DNA from: a virus
Strand: one strand, 5' to 3'
DNA length: 64,000 nt
IMG/VR virus record: IMGVR_UViG_3300042691_042551
Span: 8,691-72,690 of that record
A program made the position numbers and the translations under genes. The notes under the pieces were generated by a model that saw only the letters and a program-made list of their open reading frames with translations, was not told the DNA's origin and did no database searches. Positions 48,460-56,439 of this stretch are shown in pieces. The first letter of the stretch is position 1. The number at the start of each line of letters is the position of its first letter.

Positions 48460-48766
48460 CAGTTTTGATTTTTTTTATGTTTCTACTTTCCTTGCGCTCC
48501 CAGTCTTTTCTGTTTTTTTGAATGATGTCTAGAGCGTGTTTTACCTCTAACTTATTGTTTACGTCAGCGATACGATACATTATGTTGTCAAATAAATTAG
48601 TTGTTCCATGAATGTGAAACGCTTTTTTTTGTTCCCGGCTAATTCTTATCGAGTAACCGCTTGGAAACTTTACTTCACAACCTTGAATCAATAGAGAAAT
48701 CAATGTTGGGTTTTTGTAGAGCTTAGTTTTCTTTTTTGTCATAATTTTTGGCATAAAACTCGTCAA
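48440..48766 (-). CDS. Hypothetical basic protein
   Basis: ORF between the JAB and helicase genes; start uncertain. Confidence 0.5.
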   Translation of the reverse strand: MTSFMPKIMTKKKTKLYKNPTLISLLIQGCEVKFPSGYSIRISREQKKAFHIHGTTNLFDNIMYRIADVNNKLEVKHALDIIQKNRKDWERKESRNIKKIKTDESSKN

Positions 48767-48781
48767 ATCTATACTTTTTTT

Positions 48782-49222
48782 TTATAATACACCTTCATCT
48801 CTCATACTATAGTAATTATCTTCAGTAATTATTAAGCTATCAAGCAATTCTATATCTAGTAACGCAAGAGCAGCTTTTATTTTACTTGACAATTTTTTGT
48901 CAGTATCACTAGGGTTTTTGTTACCGGATGGATGATTGTGTGCTACAATAACGCTTGATGCATGCGAAAGCAAAGCTGTTTGAGCAATCATTTTTATATC
49001 TGCAGTCGTATAATCTGTAGCACCGCTACTATGTTTGTGTATAGCAATTACACGATTTGCCCGGTTTAATGCTATTACTAGAAACTCTTCACGCCATAGC
49101 ATTGTATCTGAGTTGAAATAATTCCGTATTACCTTGGCTGTATCATCTGAAGATTTTACTATGTATTTTTCGTCTGTTTTGTTTTTCCACTTTACTGTTA
49201 TTTCGATTTCTGGGAGTACCAT
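48782..49222 (-). CDS. JAB/MPN metalloprotease (RadC-like)
   Basis: EEF...HNHPSGNKNPSDTD (E, HxH, S, D JAMM residues); overlaps the ThiF 3' end by 25 nt. Confidence 0.9.
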   Translation of the reverse strand: MVLPEIEITVKWKNKTDEKYIVKSSDDTAKVIRNYFNSDTMLWREEFLVIALNRANRVIAIHKHSSGATDYTTADIKMIAQTALLSHASSVIVAHNHPSGNKNPSDTDKKLSSKIKAALALLDIELLDSLIITEDNYYSMRDEGVL

Positions 49223-49929
49223 AATTTTTGAATTTTTAATGTTTTACTATTGATAAATGCACCGTACCAATCGGTTTTATTATCGTTGAATAGAGACCAA
49301 ACTAATTTGCCGGCTACTAATGCAACAAACTTATTAATCATTAAATCTTGCCTTTCTAATGCTTCTGCCAGTGAGCAGCTATTTCTGTTTTTTCTATCTA
49401 CTTTGGTTTTTAAGTCGGGGTTAAAGTCAAATATTGACTTTGTGTTTTCAGCTTTTAATAGTACCTGGCCGGTTTCTTTGTCATTGCCGGTATCAAGCCA
49501 CCCAAATAGTCTATTTTGTTCTATGTAATGAGGATTCATTGCTAATAGACTGTCGGCAAATATTCTAGGCTTTATTCTATCTGTACAGGTAATTATTAAG
49601 TTTGGATATTCTCTATAGCTTTTCTCGCTAAACAAGTTTGGGCTACTTTCCCATTTGTAACCATAAAATCGGTTAATTCGTTCTATCGTTACTTCGGCTT
49701 TGTTTCTACCAATATCTTGTTCGTTGAATAGTTGCCTACCAAAATTTGCTTCAGTCACTACATCTGGATCCATCGCAGCTACTTTTATACCCTTTTTACC
49801 TAGCTTTATAAGGGCATGGTTGATTCTGGCCAACTCCTGCAATAGCATTGAACCGGTGCCACCGCAACCAGCTACAAGTATCTTGGTTTGGTGTATGTCT
49901 CTTAAAACATATTTTTTTAGATTTTCCAT
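49198..49929 (-). CDS. PRTRC-type ThiF/E1 ubiquitin-like activating enzyme
   Basis: GCGGTGS, DPDVVTEANFGRQLF, NKAEV, CTD, DTGN, SCSLAEALERQDLMIN. Confidence 0.9.
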   Translation of the reverse strand: MENLKKYVLRDIHQTKILVAGCGGTGSMLLQELARINHALIKLGKKGIKVAAMDPDVVTEANFGRQLFNEQDIGRNKAEVTIERINRFYGYKWESSPNLFSEKSYREYPNLIITCTDRIKPRIFADSLLAMNPHYIEQNRLFGWLDTGNDKETGQVLLKAENTKSIFDFNPDLKTKVDRKNRNSCSLAEALERQDLMINKFVALVAGKLVWSLFNDNKTDWYGAFINSKTLKIQKLWYSQKSK

Positions 49930-50552
49930 TTTCTTTTTACCAATAATTCTATTGGAAACTCTTTTTTACCTAGGAGTTTTCCATATTTTGATGTGCTTAG
50001 TTTAGTCTTATTTGTAAAATGAGTGAATATTGAGTTTTCAAAAACGCATGATTCAACTTCTTTTATGATCTCAGCAATGTTTTGTTTTTTCTTAGGTTCT
50101 GCATTTCCAAAGCAAAATGTATCAGAATTATTAGGGATAGGTCCATAATAGTAGTTTTCTTCACCGCATTCGGCCACAATTTCTAAAATGAATAATTTGG
50201 TGTTGTATTTCCAAATTAGGTCAGGTACCGGATACATTCCAGATTCAATGCCCATATCTACATCAAAATACATCTGTCTTTGTCCTTTTGAGGTTTTCCA
50301 CCATAATGTGCATCCATTTCCTTTTGCATTAATTTTTATGAGGTTTTGAGGAATATCTCCTTCTAGTACGGTATTTTCTTCCTTTTTAAGCAATTCAGCA
50401 GCATACTTTTCAAAAGATGAAAGATCTACTGGTTTACCAGCAGATAATTTGCCATCTATAATTCTTCTTTCTTCTATTAATGTTTCATTACCCAAATTAG
50501 ATCCATAGAATATTAAGGCTTTACTTGGTACGTATTTTTTATCGAATTGCAT
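49917..50552 (-). CDS. PRTRC protein B-like / prokaryotic E2 family D
   Basis: LSAGKPV, LWW....R.MYF, YPVPDLIW, PIPN...FCFGN (putative catalytic Cys) and FTH motifs. Confidence 0.8.
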   Translation of the reverse strand: MQFDKKYVPSKALIFYGSNLGNETLIEERRIIDGKLSAGKPVDLSSFEKYAAELLKKEENTVLEGDIPQNLIKINAKGNGCTLWWKTSKGQRQMYFDVDMGIESGMYPVPDLIWKYNTKLFILEIVAECGEENYYYGPIPNNSDTFCFGNAEPKKKQNIAEIIKEVESCVFENSIFTHFTNKTKLSTSKYGKLLGKKEFPIELLVKRKWKI

Positions 50553-51472
50553 AAATTAAAGATTATTTCATCATTGATTAAAGCACATACTTTATCATGA
50601 TAATCTTCTATTTTTACTTTTTTTTCAGGTGTATAAAGATTTCCAACAAGCTTGCTTCCACACATTCCAAAGCCCTCTTCGTGTGATCTAATCTGACTTA
50701 TTATTTCTTGTTCTTGCGGTCCATCATCTCTTACAAAAACGTAAGTTAGCGATTCATGTATTGATTCTTCCGAATTTTTTATTGCAAATCCAGCCTGCAG
50801 ATAAACATTCTTATAAACCAATTCCAAAACTTTACAAAGCCATTCATATAGTTTAGCTGATTTTACCAATTTAATTTGATCAGAAAACTCTTTTATCGTG
50901 CATGGTATTTTAGGACTAGCAATGTACTTTTTTTTAATAAGTTGCGAATAATACATACTTGCAGCCTTTTTTTCTTCTATAGTAGTTGCGGAAGATAGAT
51001 TATCATAGTATATTTCTTTGGTATAGTCTGCAAAAACATTATCGCTCATGCTATAAAAACCCATTCTTTCAAATATCCATAATGCCATTCTAATTGCTTT
51101 GCTATCGGGCAATCTCATATCTAAGCTTAGTATTGGACCGATTCTTACAATGTGAGGCCTTATTTCAAGTTCTTGGCTAACAGTGATAAGCAGTTCATAG
51201 TCAGATTCAATAATATCAAAATCGCCTATTTTTTGGTGTGTTAAATCAATTAATTTGGAAATAGCCTCTTGTCGATTCTTGCACTGTTCAAAATCAGTAT
51301 GCTTTATAAATCGATTTTTCAGAGCAATGTTATACAAGATTTCAAGTTTATCGATTGATATGTCTTTTTCTGAATTTATTTCTATTTCATACTTTGGCCT
51401 TATGGTAATGTGCTCGGTAAGCAATCTTTCGCTGTTTCTTTTTGGTCTTCGAACTCCCTGTATGTTTGCCAT
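50513..51472 (-). CDS. PRTRC protein F-like / cassette hypothetical protein
   Basis: About 320 aa, between the Ubl and E2 genes as in Bacteroidota PRTRC cassettes; positional call. Confidence 0.55.
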   Translation of the reverse strand: MANIQGVRRPKRNSERLLTEHITIRPKYEIEINSEKDISIDKLEILYNIALKNRFIKHTDFEQCKNRQEAISKLIDLTHQKIGDFDIIESDYELLITVSQELEIRPHIVRIGPILSLDMRLPDSKAIRMALWIFERMGFYSMSDNVFADYTKEIYYDNLSSATTIEEKKAASMYYSQLIKKKYIASPKIPCTIKEFSDQIKLVKSAKLYEWLCKVLELVYKNVYLQAGFAIKNSEESIHESLTYVFVRDDGPQEQEIISQIRSHEEGFGMCGSKLVGNLYTPEKKVKIEDYHDKVCALINDEIIFNLCNSIKNTYQVKP

Positions 51473-51504
51473 TTTTTAAGCCGTTTTTTAACTTTAATTA
51501 AACT

Positions 51505-51534
51505 AAAAAAGCGAGGAGTTTCCCCCTCGCTTTT
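51505..51534 (-). terminator. Intra-operon terminator/attenuator after the Ubl gene
   Basis: AAAAGCGAGG...CCTCGCTTTT stem with T runs on both strands. Confidence 0.75.
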
Positions 51535-51550
51535 CTTTCTATTGTTACTT

Positions 51551-51760
51551 TTAGCCATTGGTACCCATTTTTGTTTTTATCTCGTAGATAAGCAGTTCCT
51601 CGGTTGAGTTCTTTGAGCGTTGTATAGCTGCAGAAATAAACTCGGGATACTGGTTTGAATAAAATTCTATCACCTGATAAGGCGTTGCGGTCGGGTCCGG
51701 ATCCGGGAGAGTTTTATTATCATAGATAAACTCTCGTTTGATAGATTGTACTTTTAGCAT
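51551..51760 (-). CDS. PRTRC protein C, prokaryotic ubiquitin-like protein
   Basis: 69 aa; REFIY...LPDPDP....QV.EFYSNQYPE; C-terminal MGTNG. Confidence 0.88.
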   Translation of the reverse strand: MLKVQSIKREFIYDNKTLPDPDPTATPYQVIEFYSNQYPEFISAAIQRSKNSTEELLIYEIKTKMGTNG

Positions 51761-51762
51761 AA

Positions 51763-52209
51763 TTAAAACAAGGTTGGAGTTTCTACTGCTTTTGGTTTTG
51801 CTATTTCGGCTGATGAATCAGTTTCTTCTGCATTATCTTCTTCTTCTTCTTCTTCTTCTATTTTTTGCAAACTAGCGTTTGATGTTGCCGGTTTAGATGG
51901 TTGTTTAGGGTTTCTTTTCTTTTGAAGCTTGTCTTTTTCAGCTTGATCAATTTGGCGAAGGATTTTAATGTTTTCCTCAATGTTGGAAACAATTCCTTTT
52001 ACCTCGTTGATTTTGTCTTTGTTTAGCACGCTAAAAAACTCACTGTCAAGTTCATCTATTGTACCGCTAATAACGATAGGTTCAAAAGCTTTTTCTTTAC
52101 TTTCAAGCACTATCATTACTGATACTTTCTCATTGATTTTTGCAATAGTCATGTTTAGTTTGCCCGCTTCCATTAGCGGCAATACTTGGCTGAAAAAATT
52201 AGTTGTCAT
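51763..52209 (-). CDS. PRTRC protein E
   Basis: MTTNFFSQV...PIVISGTIDELDSEFF; acidic tail ending PTLF. Confidence 0.8.
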   Translation of the reverse strand: MTTNFFSQVLPLMEAGKLNMTIAKINEKVSVMIVLESKEKAFEPIVISGTIDELDSEFFSVLNKDKINEVKGIVSNIEENIKILRQIDQAEKDKLQKKRNPKQPSKPATSNASLQKIEEEEEEEDNAEETDSSAEIAKPKAVETPTLF

Positions 52210-52211
52210 TG

Positions 52212-52751
52212 TTATTTATTTAAGCTTTCTATGAACTGTTCTAGCGTATAGACAGTGTAGTTTATTTTTTTATTTCTACCGGTAGGAGTCAGCAAATACT
52301 TTTTAGGCGTAAAAGTGCTCTTAAATAGCTTTGTGGGCTGTACTAGATTAACAAATAGCCCGTAATTGGCCATCAACCATTTTCTATTGAGAGAGTTTAA
52401 CCTGGTCATGTTGTGATGATCGTACTCCGGCTTTACTTCAAAAATGCAGGGAGTGCCCTCTTTTGTTTGAAGGAACATGTGCTTTTCCCACTTTTGACCA
52501 TTCTTTGCTACAAATACACCATAAGCCTTTTCCGTAAACTCTATTTCAGCATCAGGCGTATATACGTGTTGCTCTAGTATTGTTTGAACTTCTAAAACAA
52601 CACCTTTTTTGCTTTGCCGTTCATATTGACGGGCAAAACCACCGGTAAGTGCATATGTTTTGGGAGCTTCCCAAGATTTAATATAACCGGCTTCTTTTAG
52701 TTCTTCTATCCACCAAGAGAACCATATTTCTTCATTACTTTTAAACTCCAT
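52212..52751 (-). CDS. PD-(D/E)XK endonuclease
   Basis: FKSNEE...YTPD...FEVK motif. Confidence 0.65.
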   Translation of the reverse strand: MEFKSNEEIWFSWWIEELKEAGYIKSWEAPKTYALTGGFARQYERQSKKGVVLEVQTILEQHVYTPDAEIEFTEKAYGVFVAKNGQKWEKHMFLQTKEGTPCIFEVKPEYDHHNMTRLNSLNRKWLMANYGLFVNLVQPTKLFKSTFTPKKYLLTPTGRNKKINYTVYTLEQFIESLNK

Positions 52752-53016
52752 CGATTGATTTCATTATGTTTTCTATTGGTTGTTCGTATATTAATGTGAT
52801 TTTTGATACGTTGAATGGCGAAGATTGGCGGTTTCTGAATAGGTAAATAGCCGAAGGATTATCTTTTTCATCGTATTTTTCCTTAATGATATTAACCAGT
52901 TTGTTTTCGTATTGAATATAATCTGCTTGATTAACAATCAATTCATCAGCATCAAATATGAACTCGTATTCCCTTGATATGTTTGTTTCAGTCTTGTTTA
53001 TTTCTTTTATGTGCAT
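52741..53016 (-). CDS. Hypothetical protein
   Basis: ORF overlapping the next gene. Confidence 0.55.
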   Translation of the reverse strand: MHIKEINKTETNISREYEFIFDADELIVNQADYIQYENKLVNIIKEKYDEKDNPSAIYLFRNRQSSPFNVSKITLIYEQPIENIMKSIDGV

Positions 53017-53041
53017 AAAACAAAAGGGGCTTTCGCCCCTT
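53017..53041 (-). terminator. Rho-independent terminator after the SSB-like gene
   Basis: - strand AAGGGGC-GAAA-GCCCCTTTTGTTTT. Confidence 0.85.
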
Positions 53042-53043
53042 GA

Positions 53044-53685
53044 TTAGAATGGTAAATCATCTTCAGGCAATACCTTTGGAATATCCTGAATTGTGTTGAA
53101 TACCGGAGCATTCATTTTTGGTTCGGGATGGTGCTGGTTTTGCTGTGCATTTCCACCTGACTCTTTTTCTGAAGACAATTCAGCAGTGTAGTTTTTGATA
53201 ACTTTGTTTAGTCCTGATTGTTCTAGCATCATTGCCATTGTTTCTTCAGTGTATAGCGCAAGAGCTGAACTGAAGGAATGACCAGCCGGAATACCTTCAA
53301 CTGACATTCTCTGAATGGCAATATCGGTAGCAGCAATAGTAAGCTTTACCTTATTGTTGCAGATCAGGTCTAATTTGCTGTACTTACTCGAACCGGAGTA
53401 TCCACCAGGCTTATATCCATTTGATGGTTTTTGTTCATTTACCGGCTTATAGACAATATTGGTGTATTGTCCATTCTGGCGAACACTTCTCTCAAACTTG
53501 GTTTCTACCCCTACGGTAAACTTATTACACGTTGAAGATGTAGAATGCCATTCACCGGTTTCTGTGCCGTTGTTATACTGCATTGTAATTGAATGGACGT
53601 AAATTGTGCCACCCATCTTTGATTGGTAGCTTTTTTTGGCTTCTGTGATTTCGGTTGGTGTACCTGTTAGAATTGTTGGTGTCAT
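53044..53685 (-). CDS. Putative single-stranded DNA-binding protein
   Basis: Beta-rich N-terminus, G/Q linker, acidic EDDLPF C-terminus. Confidence 0.6.
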   Translation of the reverse strand: MTPTILTGTPTEITEAKKSYQSKMGGTIYVHSITMQYNNGTETGEWHSTSSTCNKFTVGVETKFERSVRQNGQYTNIVYKPVNEQKPSNGYKPGGYSGSSKYSKLDLICNNKVKLTIAATDIAIQRMSVEGIPAGHSFSSALALYTEETMAMMLEQSGLNKVIKNYTAELSSEKESGGNAQQNQHHPEPKMNAPVFNTIQDIPKVLPEDDLPF

Positions 53686-53687
53686 AA

Positions 53688-53870
53688 TTAAAAATTGGTA
53701 TTTGTATCTAGTTCTTCTATTAATATTTTAGCTACTGCTTCTGGAGTTACTCCAAACGGGCTACAATATTCACCATAATTTTCGGTTTTCAAAACTATTT
53801 TATTGTGACTGTTTACAAAAATACCAGTTATAATATCGGTAGATATACACTGTATTTTGTTATCTTTCAT
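53688..53870 (-). CDS. Hypothetical small protein
   Basis: ATG 53870 just after the DnaB stop, preferred to the overlapping 53948 start. Confidence 0.4.
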   Translation of the reverse strand: MKDNKIQCISTDIITGIFVNSHNKIVLKTENYGEYCSPFGVTPEAVAKILIEELDTNTNF

Positions 53871-53880
53871 TCCATAAATT

Positions 53881-55410
53881 TTAGAATGGTGCAATATGTC
53901 CAGGGATTGGCATAAAATTGCTGTCATTTTCTTCTTCAGAGTACTCATTTGATGAATTATTAAATCTTCTATTTAGTTCTATTGATAGCTCGTTTTCTGC
54001 TATTTGTGGATCTTCTATGTAGGCAAACGCTTTTTGCCACGTCATTTTCTTGGTAAAAGGACTTCCACCACGAAACTTCTTGAAGATAAACATTATTTTG
54101 TCTTGGTCCTCAGGGGCAACATCTACTTTATCTTTGTAGTAATCTGGTCGAAATAAAAAACAAACCATGTCGGCATCCTGTTCCAATGAACCAGAATCAC
54201 GCAAATCTTCCAAATCGGGTATAAAGTCTTCTATTTTAGCCTTTTTGTTATCTGTTCTCTTGGTTATCCTAGATAGTTGAGATAAAGCAATAATTGGCAC
54301 ATCAAGCTTTTTTGCTAGTCTTTTTAGACGTTGTGATACGTTGCCTACCTTCTCATTCATATTGTTGCCGTTTCCGCCTGTAATGAGTTGCAAATAGTCA
54401 ATTACTATGATTTTTACTCCTTTGTTGATTACTAAGGCTTCGGTTTTGGTTTCAATATCGTCTATCGAGTATATGTTGTCTATCAAATGACCGTGCTCGG
54501 GCATCGTTTTACAGACCATTTGAAACAATCTCATTTCTTCTTCGCTAAAAGCGCCAGCCGTAATCTTGTTAAGATTAGTATGGTTTATCGCTGAGAATAT
54601 CCGCTTTATGATTTCGGATGAACGCATTTCCAAAGAGAAAAAAGCAAATGGTATTGAACTTTTAAATAGGTAGTTTTGGATCATTGATACAACACATGCA
54701 GTTTTGCCCATCCCGGGCCGTCCGGCTATAAGTATCAAATTAGTCTTTCCCCAACCACCTGTATGCTGATCTATTGATAAAAAACCGGTAGATACGCCAG
54801 GCGTTCTTCCTTTTTCCTTGTTTATCCTTTCTTCTTCAGCTATTTGCTTTGCAATGGTCCTTGTATCTGTTGGTGTTATGTTCTTTAGTTCAATCATTTC
54901 ATCAAGCTTTCCACGTATTCCATTTATCCACTCAAATACATCTTCATTTGATTTATTAGCATTTACCATTGCAAATGCTGTGCTTAGTAGGTCTTTTGCA
55001 TGAACTTCTATTGAGAGTTCTTTTAACAATCTTGTCTCTTTTACAATGAGTTGTTGGCTTTTTTGCTCAAGATAATACTCTTGTATCTTAGCAATTTTTG
55101 AAGGTACTATTTTTTCAAGAACTTTGTCCTTTTTTAACCATAACAACAATAGTTCGGGAGAGTCAATAACTGTGGCCGATTTGTACGCATTTACAATGGA
55201 ACTAAAGATAAGCCTGTTTTCTTCATCTGAAAAATCAGTTTCTTTTATGTACTGAAGTATTTTCAGGTAATTCTCTTCCGATGTTATCATGCTTGAAATT
55301 ACCTTTAATTCAATAGTTTCTTTACCGATTTTAAGCTTTTCTAGGTTGCTTACGGCTTCGTTTATTAGTGAATAGGTGATTTCATTAAGGCTAATCTTTA
55401 ATTTTTTCAT
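53881..55410 (-). CDS. dnaB: Replicative DNA helicase, DnaB family
   Basis: GRPGMGKT, FSLEM, IDYLQL, LSQLSR and LRDSGSLEQDAD motifs. Confidence 0.95.
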   Translation of the reverse strand: MKKLKISLNEITYSLINEAVSNLEKLKIGKETIELKVISSMITSEENYLKILQYIKETDFSDEENRLIFSSIVNAYKSATVIDSPELLLLWLKKDKVLEKIVPSKIAKIQEYYLEQKSQQLIVKETRLLKELSIEVHAKDLLSTAFAMVNANKSNEDVFEWINGIRGKLDEMIELKNITPTDTRTIAKQIAEEERINKEKGRTPGVSTGFLSIDQHTGGWGKTNLILIAGRPGMGKTACVVSMIQNYLFKSSIPFAFFSLEMRSSEIIKRIFSAINHTNLNKITAGAFSEEEMRLFQMVCKTMPEHGHLIDNIYSIDDIETKTEALVINKGVKIIVIDYLQLITGGNGNNMNEKVGNVSQRLKRLAKKLDVPIIALSQLSRITKRTDNKKAKIEDFIPDLEDLRDSGSLEQDADMVCFLFRPDYYKDKVDVAPEDQDKIMFIFKKFRGGSPFTKKMTWQKAFAYIEDPQIAENELSIELNRRFNNSSNEYSEEENDSNFMPIPGHIAPF

Positions 55411-56237
55411 TGTTCCAGATCTTTAAATTCCATCAACTGCGGTTTAGTTAGCAATTTTTTGCCGTGCTCACAATGTTGTATATACCGGCATTTACCCTTT
55501 TTTGACTTATGGCCAAGGCAATTGTAATGGTTAGCTATAGGAGAAAAGCTTTTATCGGAACAAAGCCTTTCTATGTAATTGGATACAAACCATTCCATAT
55601 CTTCTAAGGTTACGTTAACAACAAATGGCTTTATGACAGTATCTTCACCAATGCTTTGAGCTACAACATATACGAATGGCAGTATTCTTTGGGTATTAAG
55701 CCAAATCATCCAAACGTAAACAATAGCTTGCAGAAAATCATCTTTTGTGCTTTTGTTATTCCATACTTCCTCAATAGATGCAGTCCACTTGGTATCAACG
55801 ATTGCCACAAATGGCTTTCCCTTATTTAATTCATTGAACTGAATCAGGGCCAATGCATCAATATGACTTTCGAATATGTACCTAGGGTCTTTATCATAAA
55901 CCAAATGCAACTGAGAGTATTCTATGTTTATAAAATGCTTTTTAACTCTTTCGGCCATTAGTTTAATTCTGTCAACTGTTTTTTTCTGCATTCCATCAAA
56001 CCGGCCTTTATTTTTTTTGATAACTTCCTCAATGTTCCTTGGATCACTTGATGAACCTAGTACATAGTACTCAAACAAATTTCCTTTGGCCATTGATAGT
56101 TCTTGGGCTCTTGTAGGTTCTTGGCTGTACTCCTGAGAAAGTTTAAACATGTGCGGACAAACAGGGTAGTTTTTTACTGTTGAATATCGCAACCGCAAGC
56201 GACCATCGTTTTCTACGTTTACTTTAATTTCTGTCAT
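55407..56237 (-). CDS. Cas4/AddB-like PD-(D/E)XK exonuclease
   Basis: YS....Y..CP, IDA..VDTK, Q..VY, and C-terminal Cys cluster (C...CRY..HC). Confidence 0.75.
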   Translation of the reverse strand: MTEIKVNVENDGRLRLRYSTVKNYPVCPHMFKLSQEYSQEPTRAQELSMAKGNLFEYYVLGSSSDPRNIEEVIKKNKGRFDGMQKKTVDRIKLMAERVKKHFINIEYSQLHLVYDKDPRYIFESHIDALALIQFNELNKGKPFVAIVDTKWTASIEEVWNNKSTKDDFLQAIVYVWMIWLNTQRILPFVYVVAQSIGEDTVIKPFVVNVTLEDMEWFVSNYIERLCSDKSFSPIANHYNCLGHKSKKGKCRYIQHCEHGKKLLTKPQLMEFKDLEQ

Positions 56238-56439
56238 TAAATAGCCTTTCTTTAATTTCTACTTTAGTTTTTTCTATTTCTTTTTCTGTCCAATCTATCA
56301 GTTCATCTAGCATTACACTATGTTGAGCTGGCATAGGAAGCTTTGTGTTTTTGTGGTGCCTTTTTAAACACAACTCCAATATTGCTACCCGATTGCTCAG
56401 GTAGTCAATATGGAGATTTTTTAGATTAACCTCAATCAT
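56224..56439 (-). CDS. Hypothetical protein
   Basis: 71-aa ORF coupled to neighbours. Confidence 0.55.
   Translation of the reverse strand: MIEVNLKNLHIDYLSNRVAILELCLKRHHKNTKLPMPAQHSVMLDELIDWTEKEIEKTKVEIKERLFNDRN

Noticed and set aside
49198-49929. ThiF as a thiamine or molybdopterin biosynthesis gene
   Set aside because: Lacks the paired CxxC zinc motifs, has no thi/moe neighbours, carries the PRTRC-type SCSLAEAL motif, and sits next to E2 and Ubl genes
477-55410. Inteins or introns in terminase, RNAP or DnaB
   Set aside because: TerL and DnaB have normal lengths with contiguous motifs, and I saw no intein splice motifs or homing endonuclease; small insertions in the giant gene cannot be excluded by eye
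55407-56237. CRISPR-Cas system suggested by the Cas4-like nuclease
   Set aside because: No repeat-spacer array or other cas genes seen; solo Cas4-like exonucleases are common in phage replication modules
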